Assembly (NCBI GenBank): GCA_964016885.1
Contig: OZ024760.1
Location: forward strand, 35,154,001-35,218,000
Reading direction: 5' to 3'
DNA from: Eledone cirrhosa
Lineage: Eukaryota
Length of the DNA stretch: 64,000 nt
Positions 23,316 through 35,493 of the stretch are shown one piece after another. The notes under the pieces were generated by a model, which did no database searches, was not told the DNA's origin, and saw nothing but the letters and a program-made list of their open reading frames with translations. Each line of letters opens with the position of its first letter. Position 1 is the stretch's first letter. The translations under genes and the position numbers were made by a program.

Positions 23316-26300
23316 TACCTATGTTAGGAGGGTGCCATTACCTATGTTGGAAGGGTGCCATTACCTATGGTAGAAGGGTGCCATTACCTATGTTGGAAGG
23401 GTGCCGTTACCTGTGTGGGGAGAGTGCCGTTACCTATGTTGGTAGGGTGCCGTTATCTATGTTGGGAGAGTTCCGTTACCTATTTTGGTAGGGTGCCGTT
23501 ACCTATCTTGGGAGAGTGCCATTACCTGTTAGGAGGGTGCCATTACCTATGTTGGAGGAGTTCCGTTAACTATGTTAGGAGGGTGCCGTTACCTCTGTTG
23601 GGACAGTGCCATTATCTATGTTAGGAGTGTGCCGTTACCTATGTTAGGAGGGTGCCATTACCTATGTTGGAAGGGTGCCATTACCTATGGTAGAAGGGTG
23701 CCATGACCTATGTTGGAAGGGTGCCGTTACCTATGGTTGGAGGGTGCCGTTACCTATGTTGGGAGGGTGCCGTTACCTATGTTGGGAGGGTGCCGTTACT
23801 TATGTTGGAAGGGTGCCGTTACTTATGTTAGGAGGGTGCTGTTACCTATGTTCGGAGCGTGCCGTTACCTATGTTGGGAGGGTGCCGTTACCAAAGTTTG
23901 GAGAGTGCAATTACCTATGTTGAGAGAGTGCCATTACCTATGTTAGGAGGTTGCCGTTACAAATGTTAGGAGGGTTCCTTTACGTATGTTGGGATGGTGC
24001 CGTTACCTATGTTGGGAGTGTGTTGTTGCCTATGTTTGGAGGGTGCCGTTTCCTATGTTGGAAGAGTGCCGTTACCTATGTTGGGAGAGTGCCATTACCT
24101 ATGTTAGGAGATTGCCGTTACATATGTTAGGAGGGTTCCTTTACCTATGTTGGGATGGTGCCGTTACCTATGTTGCGAGAGTGCCGTTACCTATGTTGGG
24201 AGGGTGTCGTTACCTACGTTTGGAGAGTACTATTATCTAAGTTGGGAGAATGTCGTTATCTATGTTGGGAGGGTGCCGTTACCTATGTTGGGAGAGTGCA
24301 ATTATCTATGTTAGGAGGGTGCCGTTTCCTATGTTGGGAGGGTGCCATTACCTATGTTAGGAGGGTGTATTACCTATGTTAGGAGGGTGCCATTACCTAT
24401 GTTGGAAGAGTGCCGTTACCTATGTTAGGAGGGTGCCGTTACCTATGTTGGGAGAGTGACGTTAACTATGATGGGAGAGTGCCATTACCTATGTTAGGAG
24501 AATGCCGTTACGTATGTTGGGAGGGTGCCGTTACCTATGTTAGGAGGGTGCCATTAACTATGTTGGAAGGGAGCCGTTACCTATGTTGGGAGGGGGCCAT
24601 TACCTATGATGGGAGAGTGCCATTACCTGTGTTGGCAGGGTGCCGTTACCTATGTTTGGAGAGAGCCATTACCTATGTGAGGAGGGTGCCATTACCTATG
24701 TTAGGAGGGTGCCATTACCTATGTTGGAAGGGTGCCGTTACCTATGTTAGGAGGGTGCCATTACCTATGTTGGAAAGTTTCCGTTGCCTATGTTGAGACA
24801 GTGTCATTACCTATTTGGGAGGGTGCCGTTACCTATGTTGGTAAGGTGTGTTACTTATGTTGGGTGAGTGCCGTTCCCTATGTTGGGAGAGTGCCGTTAC
24901 CTATGTTAGGACGGTGCCGTCACCTATGTTAGTAGGGTGCCGTTATCTATGTTGGGAGAGTGGAGTACCTATCTTAGGAGGGTGTATTACCTATGTTGGG
25001 AGAGTGCCATTCCCTATGTTGGGAGCGTGCCGGTACCTATGTTAGGAGGGTGCCATTACCTATGTTGGAAGGGTGCCGTTACCTATGCTGGGAGGGTTCC
25101 GTTACCTATGTTGACAGAGTGCCATTACCTATGTTAGGAGGGTGCCGTTACCTATGTTGTGAGGGCGCCATTACTTATGTTGGGAGAGTGCCGTTACCTA
25201 TGTCAGGTGGGTGCCGTTACCTATGTTAGGAGGGTGTCTTTACCTATGTTAGGAGGGTGCCATTACCCATTTTGGGAGAGTGCCATTACCTATGATAGGA
25301 GGGTGCCGTTACCTATGATAGGAGGGTGCCATTACCTATGTTGGGAGAGTTCCGTTACCTATGTAGGGAGGGTGTCATTACCTATGTTGGGAGGGGGCCG
25401 TTACCTATGTTGGTAGGGTGCGTTACCTATGTTAGGAGGGTGCCATTACCTATGTTGGGAGGGTGCCATTACCTATGTTGGGAGAGTGCCAATACCTATG
25501 TTAGGAGGGTGCCGTTACCTATGTTGGGAGGGTGCCGTTACCTACGTTAGGAGGGTGCCATTACTTATGTTGGGAGAGTGCCATTATATATATTAGGAGG
25601 ATGCCGTTACCTATGTTGGGAGGGTGCCATTAAATATGTTGGAAGAGTGCCGTTACCTATGTTGGGAGGGTGCCGTTACCTGTGTTAGGAGAGTGCTATT
25701 ACCTATGTTAGGAGGGTGCCGTTACCTATGTTTGGAGGGTGCCGTTACCTATGTTGCGAGGGTACTGTTACCTATGTTGGGAGAGTGCCATTATTTATAT
25801 TAGGAGGATGCCGTTACCTATGTTGGGAGTGTGCCATTACCTATGTTGGGAGAGTGCCGTTAACTATGTTGGGAGAGTGCCGTTACCTATGTTGGGAGGG
25901 TTCCGTTACCTATGTTGGGAGAGTGCCATTACCTATGTTAGGAGGGTGCCGTTACCTATGTTGGGAGAGTGCCATTACCTATGTTAGAAGGGTTCATTTA
26001 TCTATGTTAGGAGGGTGCCTTTGCCTATGTTGGAAGGGTGCCGTTACCTATGTTAGGAGTGTGCCGTTACCTATGTTTGGAGGGTGCCGTTACCTATGTT
26101 AGTAGAGTGCCATTACCTATGTTGGGAGAGTGCCATTACCTATGTTAGGAGGTTCCCGTTACATATGTTAGGAGGGTTCCTTTAGCCATGTTGGGAGGGT
26201 GCCGTTACCTGTTGGGAGAGTGCCGTTAAATATGTTGGGAGGGTGCCGTTACCTACGTTTGGAGAGTACTATTATCTAAGTTGGGAGAATGCCGTTACCT

Positions 26301-28079
26301 ATGTTGGGAGGGTGGCGTCCCCTATGTTAGGAGAGTGTCGTTACCTATGTTGGGAGAGTGTAATTATCTATGTTAGGAGGGTGCCGTTTCCTATGTTGGG
26401 AGAGTGCTATTACATATATTAGGAGGATGCCATTACCTATGTTAGGAGGGTGTATTACCTATGTTAGGACGGTGCCATTACCTATTTTATGAGGATATAT
26501 TACTTATATTAGGAGCATGCCATTACCTATGTTAGGAGGGTGAATTACCTATGTTAGGAGGGTGCCATTACCGATGTTGGAAGGGTGCCGTTACCTATGT
26601 TAGGAGGGTTCCGTTACCTATTTTGGGGAGGGTGCCGTTACCTATGTTGTGAGAGTGCCATTACCTATGTTGGGAGGGTGCCGTTACCTATGTTGGGAGA
26701 GTGCCAATACCTATGTTGGGAGGGTGCCGTTACCTATGTTGGGAGAGTACCATTACCTATCTTGGGAGAGTGCCATTACCTATGTTGGGAGGGTTCCGTT
26801 ACCTATGTTGGAAGGGTGCCGTTACCTACGTTAGGAGGGTGCCATTACTTATGTTGGGAGAGTGCCATTATTTATATTAGGAGGATACCGTTACCTATGT
26901 TGGGAGGGTGCCATTAACTATGTTGGAAGAGTGCCGTTACCTATGTTGGGAGGGTGCCGTTACCTGTGTTGGGAGAATGCTATTACCTATGTTAGGAGTG
27001 TGCCGTTATCTATGTTTGGAGGGTGCCGTTACCTATGTTGCGAGGGTACTGTTACCTATGTTGGGAGAGTGCCATTACCTATGTTGGGAGAGTGCCATCA
27101 CCAATGTTAGGAGGGTGCCGTTACCTGAGTTGGGAGGGTGCCATTACCTATGTTGGGAGTGTGCCGTTACCTATGTTGGGAGAATGCCATTACCTATGTA
27201 GGGAGGGTGCCGTTACCTATGTTGGGAGAGTGCCATTACATATGTTAGGAGGGTGCCGTTACCTATGTTAGGAGGGTGCCATTACTTATATTAGGAGGAT
27301 GCCGTTACCTATGTTGGAAGGTTGCTGTTATCTACGTTAGGAGGGTGCCGTTACCTATGTTGGGAGAGTGCCATTACTTATGTTAGGAGGGTGCCGTTAC
27401 CTATGTTAGGAGGGTGCCATTACTTATATTTGGAGGATGCCGTTACCTATGTTGGAAGGTTGCTGTTATCTATGTTGGGAGAGAGGCCATTAACAATATT
27501 AGGAGTGTGCCATTACCTATGTTGGGAGAGTGCCATTACTTATATTAGCAGGATGCCATTACCAATGTTAGGAGGGTGCCGTTACCTGTGTTGGGATAGT
27601 GCCATTACCTATGTTAGTAGGGTATCGTTACCTATGTTAGGAGGGTGCCGTTACCTATCTTGGGAGGGTACCGTTACCTATGTTGGGAGGGTGCCTTTAT
27701 CTATGTTGGGAGAGTGCCATTACCTATGTTAGGAGGGTGCAATTGCCTATGTTGGAAGGGTGCCGTTACCTATGTTGGGACACTGCCGCTACCTATTTTG
27801 GGAGGGTGCCGTTACCTATGTTGGGAGAGTGCCATTGCCTATGTTAGGAGGTTGCCGTTTCATATGTTAGGAGGGTTCCTTTACCTATGTTGGAAGGGTG
27901 CCGTTACCTATGTTAGGAGGGTGCAGTTACCTATGTTAGGAGAGTGCCGTTACCTATGTTGGGAGGGTGACGTTACCTATGTTGAGAGAGTGCTGTTACC
28001 TATGTAGGGAGCGTGCCGTTACCTACGTTTGGAGAATACTATTATCTAAGTTGGGAGAATGCCGTTACCTATGTTGGGA

Positions 28080-31000
28080 GAGTGCCATTACCTATGTTAG
28101 GTGCGTGCCGTTTACTTATGTTAGGAGGTTGACATTACCTATGTTGGGAGGGTGCCGTTACCTATTTTGAGAGAGCGCCATTACCTATGTTGGGAGGGTG
28201 CCGTTACCTATGTTGGGAGAGTGCCATTACCTATGTTGGGAGAGTGCCATTACCTATGTTGGGAGGGTGCCGTTACCTATGTTGGGAGGGTGCCGTTACC
28301 TATGTTAGGAGGGTGCCGTTACCTATGTTAGGAGGGTACCATTACCTATGTTGAAAGGGTGCCATTACCTACATTAGGAGGGTCCCATTACCTATATTGG
28401 GAAGGTGCCGTTAACTATGTTGGGAGAGTGCAGTTACCTATGTTGGGAGAGTGCCATTACCTATGTTAGGAGGGTGCTGTTACCTATGTTGGGAGAGTGC
28501 CATTACCTATGTTAGAAGGGTGCATTTACCTATGTTAGGAGGGTGCCTTTACCTATGTTGGAATGGTGCCGTTACCTATGTTAGGAGGGTGCCATTGCCT
28601 ATGTTGGAAGGGTGCCGTTACCCATGTTAGGAGGGTGTCATTACCTATTTTGGGAGAGTCCCATTACCTATACTAGGAGGGTGCCGTTACATATGTTGGG
28701 AGGGTGCCGTTACGTATGTTAGGAGGGTGCCGTTACCTATGTTAGGAGGGTTCATTTACCTAAGTTGGAAGGGTGCCATTACCTATCTTGGTAGGGTGCC
28801 GTTACCTATGTTGGGAGAATTCCGTTACCTATGTTGGAAGGGTGCCATTACCTATGGTAGGAGGGTGCCATTACCTATGTTGGAAGGGTGCCATTACCTA
28901 TGTTCGGAGGCTGCCTTACATATGTTAGGAGGATCCCTTTACCTATGTTGGGAGGGTGCCGTTACCTATGTTGGGAGAGTGCCTTTACCTATGGTGGGAG
29001 GGTGCCGTTACCTACGTTTGGAGAGTAGTATTATCTAAGTTGGGAGAATGCCGTTACCTATGTTGGGAGGGTGGCGTCACTTATGTTAGTAGGGTGCCGT
29101 TACCTATGTTGGGAGGGTGCCATTACCTACGTTAGGAGTGTGTATTACCTATGCTAGGAGGGTGCCATTACCTATGTTGGAAGGGTCCCTTTACCTATGT
29201 TGGGAGGGTGCCGTTACCTATGTTGGGAGAGTGCCGTTACCTATGTTGGGAGGGTGCCGTTACATAGGTTTGGAGAGTACTATTATCTAAGTTGGGAGAA
29301 TGCCGTTACCTATGTTGGGAGGGTGCCGTTACCTATGTTAGGAGGTTGCCGTTACATATGTTAGGAGGGTGCCGTTACATAGGTTTGGAGTGTACTATTA
29401 TCTAAGTTCCGAGAATGCCGTTACCTATGTTAGGAGGGTGCCGTTACCTATGTTAGGAGGGTTCATTTACCTAAGTTGGAAGGGTGCCATTACCTATGTT
29501 GGAAGGGTGCCGTTACCTATGTTGGGAGATTGCCGTTGCCTATGTTGGGAGGGTGTCATTACCTATGTTGGGAGGGTGCATTTACCTATGTTAGGAGGGT
29601 GCCTTTACCTATGTGGGAAGGGTGCCGTTACCTATGTTAGGAGTGTGCCGTTGCCTATGTTAGGAGGGTCTCGTTACCTATGTTGGGAGAGTGCCATTAC
29701 CTATGTTAGGAGGGTATCATTACCTATGTTAGGAGGGTGCCGTTACCTATGTTGCGAGGGTACTGTTACCTATGTTGGGAGGGTGCCTTTACCTATGTTG
29801 GGAGAGTGCCATTACCCATGTTAGGAGCGTGCCGTTACCTATGTTAGGAGGGTGCCATTACCTATGTTGGAACGGTGCCGTTACCTATGTTGGGAGGGTG
29901 CCGTTACATAGGTTTGGAGAGTACTATTATCTAAGTTGGGAGAATGCCGTTACCTATGTTGGGAGGGTGCGTTACCTATGTTAGGAGGTTGCCGTTACGT
30001 ATGTTAGGAGGGTGCCGTTACATAGGTTTGGAGAGTACTATTATCTAAGTTGGGAGAATGCCGTTACCTATGTTAGGAGGGTGCAGTTACCTATGTTAGG
30101 AGGGTCCATTAACCTAAGTTGGAAGGGTGCCATTACCTATGTTGGAAGGGTGCCGTTACCTATGTTGGGAGATTGCCGTTGCCTATGTTGGGAGAGTGTC
30201 ATTAACTATGTTGGGAGGGTGCATTTACCTATGTTAGGAGGGTGCCTTTACCTATGTTGGAAGGGTGCCGTTACCTATGTTAGGAGTGTGCCGTTGCCTA
30301 TGTTAGGAGCGTGTCGTTACCTATGTTAGGAGTGTGCCATTACCTATGTTGGAACGGTGCCGTTACCTATGTTGGGAGGGTGCTGTTACCTATGATAGGA
30401 GGGTGTCGTTACCTCTGTTGGGAGAGTGCCATTACCTATGTTAGGTGCGTGCCGTTTACTTATGTTAGGAGGTTGACATTACCTATGTTGGGAGGGTGCC
30501 GTTACCTATTTTGAGAGAGCGCCATTACCTATGTTGGGAGGGTGCCGTTACCTATGTTGGGAGAGTGCCATTACCTATGTTGGGAGAGTGCCGTTACCTA
30601 TGTTGGGAGAGTGCCGTTACCTATGATAGGAGGGTGTCGTTACCTCTGTTGGGAGAGTGCCATTACCTATGTTAGGTGCGTGCCGTTTACTTATGTTAGG
30701 AGGTTGACATTACCTATGTTGGGAGGGTGCCGTTACCTATTTTGAGAGAGCGCCATTACCTATGTTGGGAGGGTGCCGTTACCTATGTTGGGAGAGTGCC
30801 ATTACCTATGTTGGGAGAGTGCCATTACCTATGTTGGGAGGGTGCCGTTACCTATGTTGGGAGAGTGTCATTACCTATGTTAGGAGGGTACCATTACCTA
30901 TGTTGAAAGGGTGCCATTACCTACATTAGGAGGGTCCCATTACCTATATTGGGAGAGTGCCATTACTTATATTAGGAGGATACCATTACCTATGTTGGGA

Positions 31001-33420
31001 AGGTGCCGTTAACTATGTTGGGAGAGTGCAGTTACCTATGTTGGGAGAGTGCCATTACCTATGTTAGGAGGGTGCTGTTACCTATGTTGGGAGAGTGCCA
31101 TTACCTATGTTAGAAGGGTGCATTTACCTATGTTAGGAGGGTGCCTTTACCTATGTTGGAATGGTGCCGTTACCTATGTTAGGAGGGTGCCATTGCCTAT
31201 GTTGGAAGGGTGCCGTTACCCATGTTAGGAGGGTGCCATTACCTATTTTGGGAGAGTCCCATTACCTATGCTAGGAGGGTGCCGTTACCTATGTTGGGAG
31301 GGTGCCGTTACCTATGTTAGGAGGGTGCCGTTACCTATGTTAGGAGGGTTCATTTACCTAAGTTGGAAGGGTGCCATTACCTATCTTGGTAGGGTGCCGT
31401 TACCTATGTTGGGAGAATTCCGTTACCTATGTTGGGAGGGTGCCGTTACCTACGTTTGGAGAGTACTATTATCTAAGTTGGGAGAATGCCGTTACCTATG
31501 TTAGGAGCGTGCCGTCACCTATGTTAGGAGGGTGCCGTTACCTATGTTGGGAGGGTGCCATTACCTATGTTGGAAGAGTGCCGTTACCTATGTTGGGAGA
31601 GTGCCGTTACCTATGTTGTGAGGGTGCCGTTACCTATATTGGGACAGTGCCATCACCTATGTTAGGAGGGTGCCGTTACCTATGTTAGGATTTTGCCGTT
31701 ACCTGTTGGGAGAGTGCCATTACCTATATTAGGAGGGTGCCGTTACCGATGTTAGTGGGGTGCCTATAACTATGTTGGAAGGGTGAGGTTACCTATGTTA
31801 GAAGGTGACGTTTCCTATGTTGGGAGGGTGCAGTTACCTATGTTAGGAGGGTGCCGTTACCTATGTTAGGAGGGTGCCATTACCTATGTTGGAAGGGTGC
31901 CATTACCTATGGTAGGAGGGTGCCATTACCTATGTTGGAAGGGTGCCATTACCTATGTTCGGAGGCTGCCTTACATATGTTAGGAGGATCCCTTTACCTA
32001 TGTTGGGAGGGTGCCGTTACCTATGTTGGGAGAGTGCCTTTACCTATGGTGGGAGAGTGCCGTTACCTACGTTTGGAGAGTAGTATTATCTAAGTTGGGA
32101 GAATGCCGTTACCTATGTTGGGAGGGTGGCGTCACTTATGTTAGTAGGGTGCCGTTACCTATGTTGGGAGGGTGCCATTACCTACGTTAGGAGTGTGTAT
32201 TACCTATGTTGGGAGGGTGCCATTACCTATGTTGGAAGGGTCCCTTTACCTATGTTGGGAGGGTGCCGTTACCTATGTTGGGAGAGTGCCGTTACCTATG
32301 TTGGGAGGGTGCCGTTACATAGGTTTGGAGAGTACTATTATCTAAGTTGGGAGAATGCCGTTACCTATGTTGGGAGGGTGCCGTTACCTATGTTAGGAGG
32401 TTGCCGTTACATATGTTAGGAGGGTGCCGTTACATAGGTTTGGAGAGTACTATTATCTAAGTTCCGAGAATGCCGTTACCTATGTTAGGAGGGTGCCGTT
32501 ACCTATGTTAGGAGGGTTCATTTACCTAAGTTGGAAGGGTGCCATTACCTATGTTGGGAGATTGCCGTTGCCTATGTTGGGAGGGTATCATTACCTATGT
32601 TGGGAGGGTGCATTTACCTATGTTAGGAGGGTGCCTTTACCTATGTGGGAAGGGTGCCGTTACCTATGTTAGGAGTGTGGCGTTGCCTATGTTAGGAGGG
32701 TCTCGTTACCTATGTTGGGAGAGTGCCATTACCTATGTTAGGAGGGTATCATTACCTATGTTAGGAGGGTGCCGTTACCTATGTTGCGAGGGTACTGTTA
32801 CCTATGTTGGGAGGGTGCCTTTACCTATGTTGGGAGAGTGCCATTACCCATGTTAGGAGCGTGCCGTTACCTATGTTAGGAGGGTGCCATTACCTATGTT
32901 GGAACGGTGCCGTTACCTATGTTGGGAGGGTGCCGTTACATAGGTTTGGAGAGTACTATTATCTAAGTTGGGAGAATGCCGTTACCTATGTTGGGAGGGT
33001 GCGTTACCTATGTTAGGAGGTTGCCGTTACGTATGTTAGGAGGGTGCCGTTACATAGGTTTGGAGAGTACTATTATCTAAGTTGGGAGAATGCCGTTACC
33101 TATGTTAGGAGGGTGCAGTTACCTATGTTAGGAGGGTCCATTTACCTAAGTTGGAAGGGTGCCATTACCTATGTTGGAAGGGTGCCGTTACCTATGTTGG
33201 GAGATTGCCGTTGCCTATGTTGGGAGCGTGTCATTAACTATGTTGGGAGGGTGCATTTACCTATGTTAGGAGGGTGCCTTTGCCTATGTTGGAAGGGTGC
33301 CGTTACCTATGTTAGGAGTGTGCCGTTGCCTATGTTAGGAGCGTGTCGTTACCTATGTTAGGAGGGTGCCATTACCTATGTTGGAACGGTGCCGTTACCT
33401 ATGTTGGGAGGGTGCTGTTA
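28080..33420 (+). repeat. Two-copy HOR of the 23-bp satellite, offset ~2.55-2.6 kb rising to ~3.03-3.06 kb
   Basis: Rare variants pair up: TTGAAAGGG...CTACATTAGG 28351/30903, TATCTTGGTAGG ~28784/31382, TTCGGAGGCTGCC 28903/31958. ORFs 29772/32804 (identical) and 30012/33044 (near-identical) are offset by 3032. Boundaries approximate. Confidence 0.85.
30385..30823 (+). repeat. 231-bp tandem duplication (10 monomers, one carrying a +1 insertion)
   Basis: TATGATAGGAGGGTGTCGTTACCTCTG at 30391 and 30622. ORFs 30311 and 30542 share their C-terminal sequence. Confidence 0.85.
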
Positions 33421-35493
33421 CCTATGTTAGGAGGTTGCCGTTACGTATGTTAGGAGGGTGCCGTTACATAGGTTTGGAGAGTACTATTATCTAAGTTGGG
33501 AGAATGCCGTTACCTATGTTAGGAGGGTGCCGTTACCTATATTAGGAGGGTTCATTTACCTAAGTTGGAAGGGTGCCATTACCTATGTTGGAAGGGTGCC
33601 GTTACCTATGTTGGGAGATTGACGTTGCCTATGTTGGGAGAGTGTCATTACCTATGTTGGTAGGGTGCGTTACCTATGTTGGGTGAGTGCCGTTACCTAT
33701 GTTAGGAGGGTGTCGTTGCCTATGTTGGGAGGGTGCCATTACCTAAGTTGGAAATGTGCCATTACCTATGTTAGGAGGGTGCCACTACCTATGTTGGGAG
33801 AGTGCCATTACCTATGTTAGGAGGTGCCGTTACCTATGTTGGGAGAGTGCCATTACCTATGTTGGGAGGGTGCCATTACCTATGTTGGGAGAGTGCCAAA
33901 ACCTATGTTAGGAGGGTGCCGTTACCTATGTTGGGAGGGTGCCATTACCTATGTTGGAAGGGTGCCATTACCTATGTTAGTAGGGTGCCATTACCTATGT
34001 TGGGAGAGTGCCATTACCTATGTTAGGAGGGTGCCGTTACCTATGTTGGGAAGGTGCCATTACCTATGTTGGGGGGAGTGCCGTTACCTATTTTAGGAGG
34101 GTGCCGTTACCTATGTTGCGAGGGGGCCGTTACCTATGTTGGGAGAGTGCCGTTACCTATTTTGGGAGGCTGCCTAAGTTGGAAGGGTGCCATTACCTAT
34201 GTTGGAAGGGTGCCGTTACCTATGTTGGAAGGGTGCCGTTACCTATGTTGGGAGATTGCCATTACCTATGTTGGGAGGGTGCCATTACCTATGTTAGGAG
34301 GGTGCCACTACCTATGTTGGGAGAGTGCCTTTACCTATGTTTGGAGGTGCCGTTACCTATGTTGGGAGTGTGCCATTACCTATGTTGGGAGGGTGCCATT
34401 ACCTATGTTGGGGGAGTGCCGTTACCTATGTTAGGAGGGTGCCGTTACCTATGTTGGGAGAGTGCCATTACCTATGTTAGGAGGATGCCGTTACCTATGT
34501 TGGGAGGGTGCCATTATCTATGTTGGGAAAGTGCCGTTACCTATGTTGGGAGGGTTCCGTTACCTATGTTGGAAGGGTGCCGTTACCTACGTTAGGAGGG
34601 TGCCATTACTTATGTTGGGAGAGTGCCATTATTTATATTAGGAGGATGCCGTTACCTATGTTGGGAGGGTGCCATTAACTATGTTGGGAGAGTGCCGTTA
34701 CCTATGTTGGGAGGGTACCGTTACCTGTGTTGGGAGAGTTCTATTACCTATGTTAGGAGGGTGCCGTTACCTATGTTAGGAGGGTGCCGTTACCTATGTT
34801 GCGAGGGTACTGTTACCTATGTTGGGAGAGTGCCATTATTTATATTAGGAGGATGCCGTTACCTATGTTGGGAGTGTGCCATTACCTATGTTGGGAGAGT
34901 GCCATTACCTGTCTTAGAAGGGTGCATTTACCTATGTTAGGAGGGTGTCGTTACCTATGTTGGGAGAGTGCCATTACCTACGTTAGGAGGGTATCGTTAC
35001 CTATGTTAGGAGGGTGTCGTTATCTATGTTGCAAGGGTACTCTTACCTATGTTGGGTGGGTGCTTTTACCTATTTTGGGAGAGTGCCATTACCTATGTTA
35101 GGAGCGTGCCGTTACCTATACTAGGAGGGTGCCATTACCTATGTTGGAAGGGTGCCGTTACCTATGTTAGGAGGGTGCCGTTACCTATGTTAGGAGGGTG
35201 CCGTTAACTATGTTGGGAGGGTCCCTTTACCTATGTTGGGAGGGTGCCGTTACCTATGTTGGGAGAGTGCCGTTACCTATGTTGGGAGGGTGCCGTTACC
35301 TATGTTGGGAGAGTGCCATTACCTATGTTAGGAGGGTGCCGTTACCTATGTTGCGAGAGTGCCATTAGCTATGTTAGAAGGGTGCATTTACCTATGTTAG
35401 GGGGGTGCCTTTACCTATGTTGGAAGGGAGCCGTTACCTATGTTAGGAGTGTGCCGTTGCCTATGTTTGGAGGGTGCCGTTACCTATGTTAGT

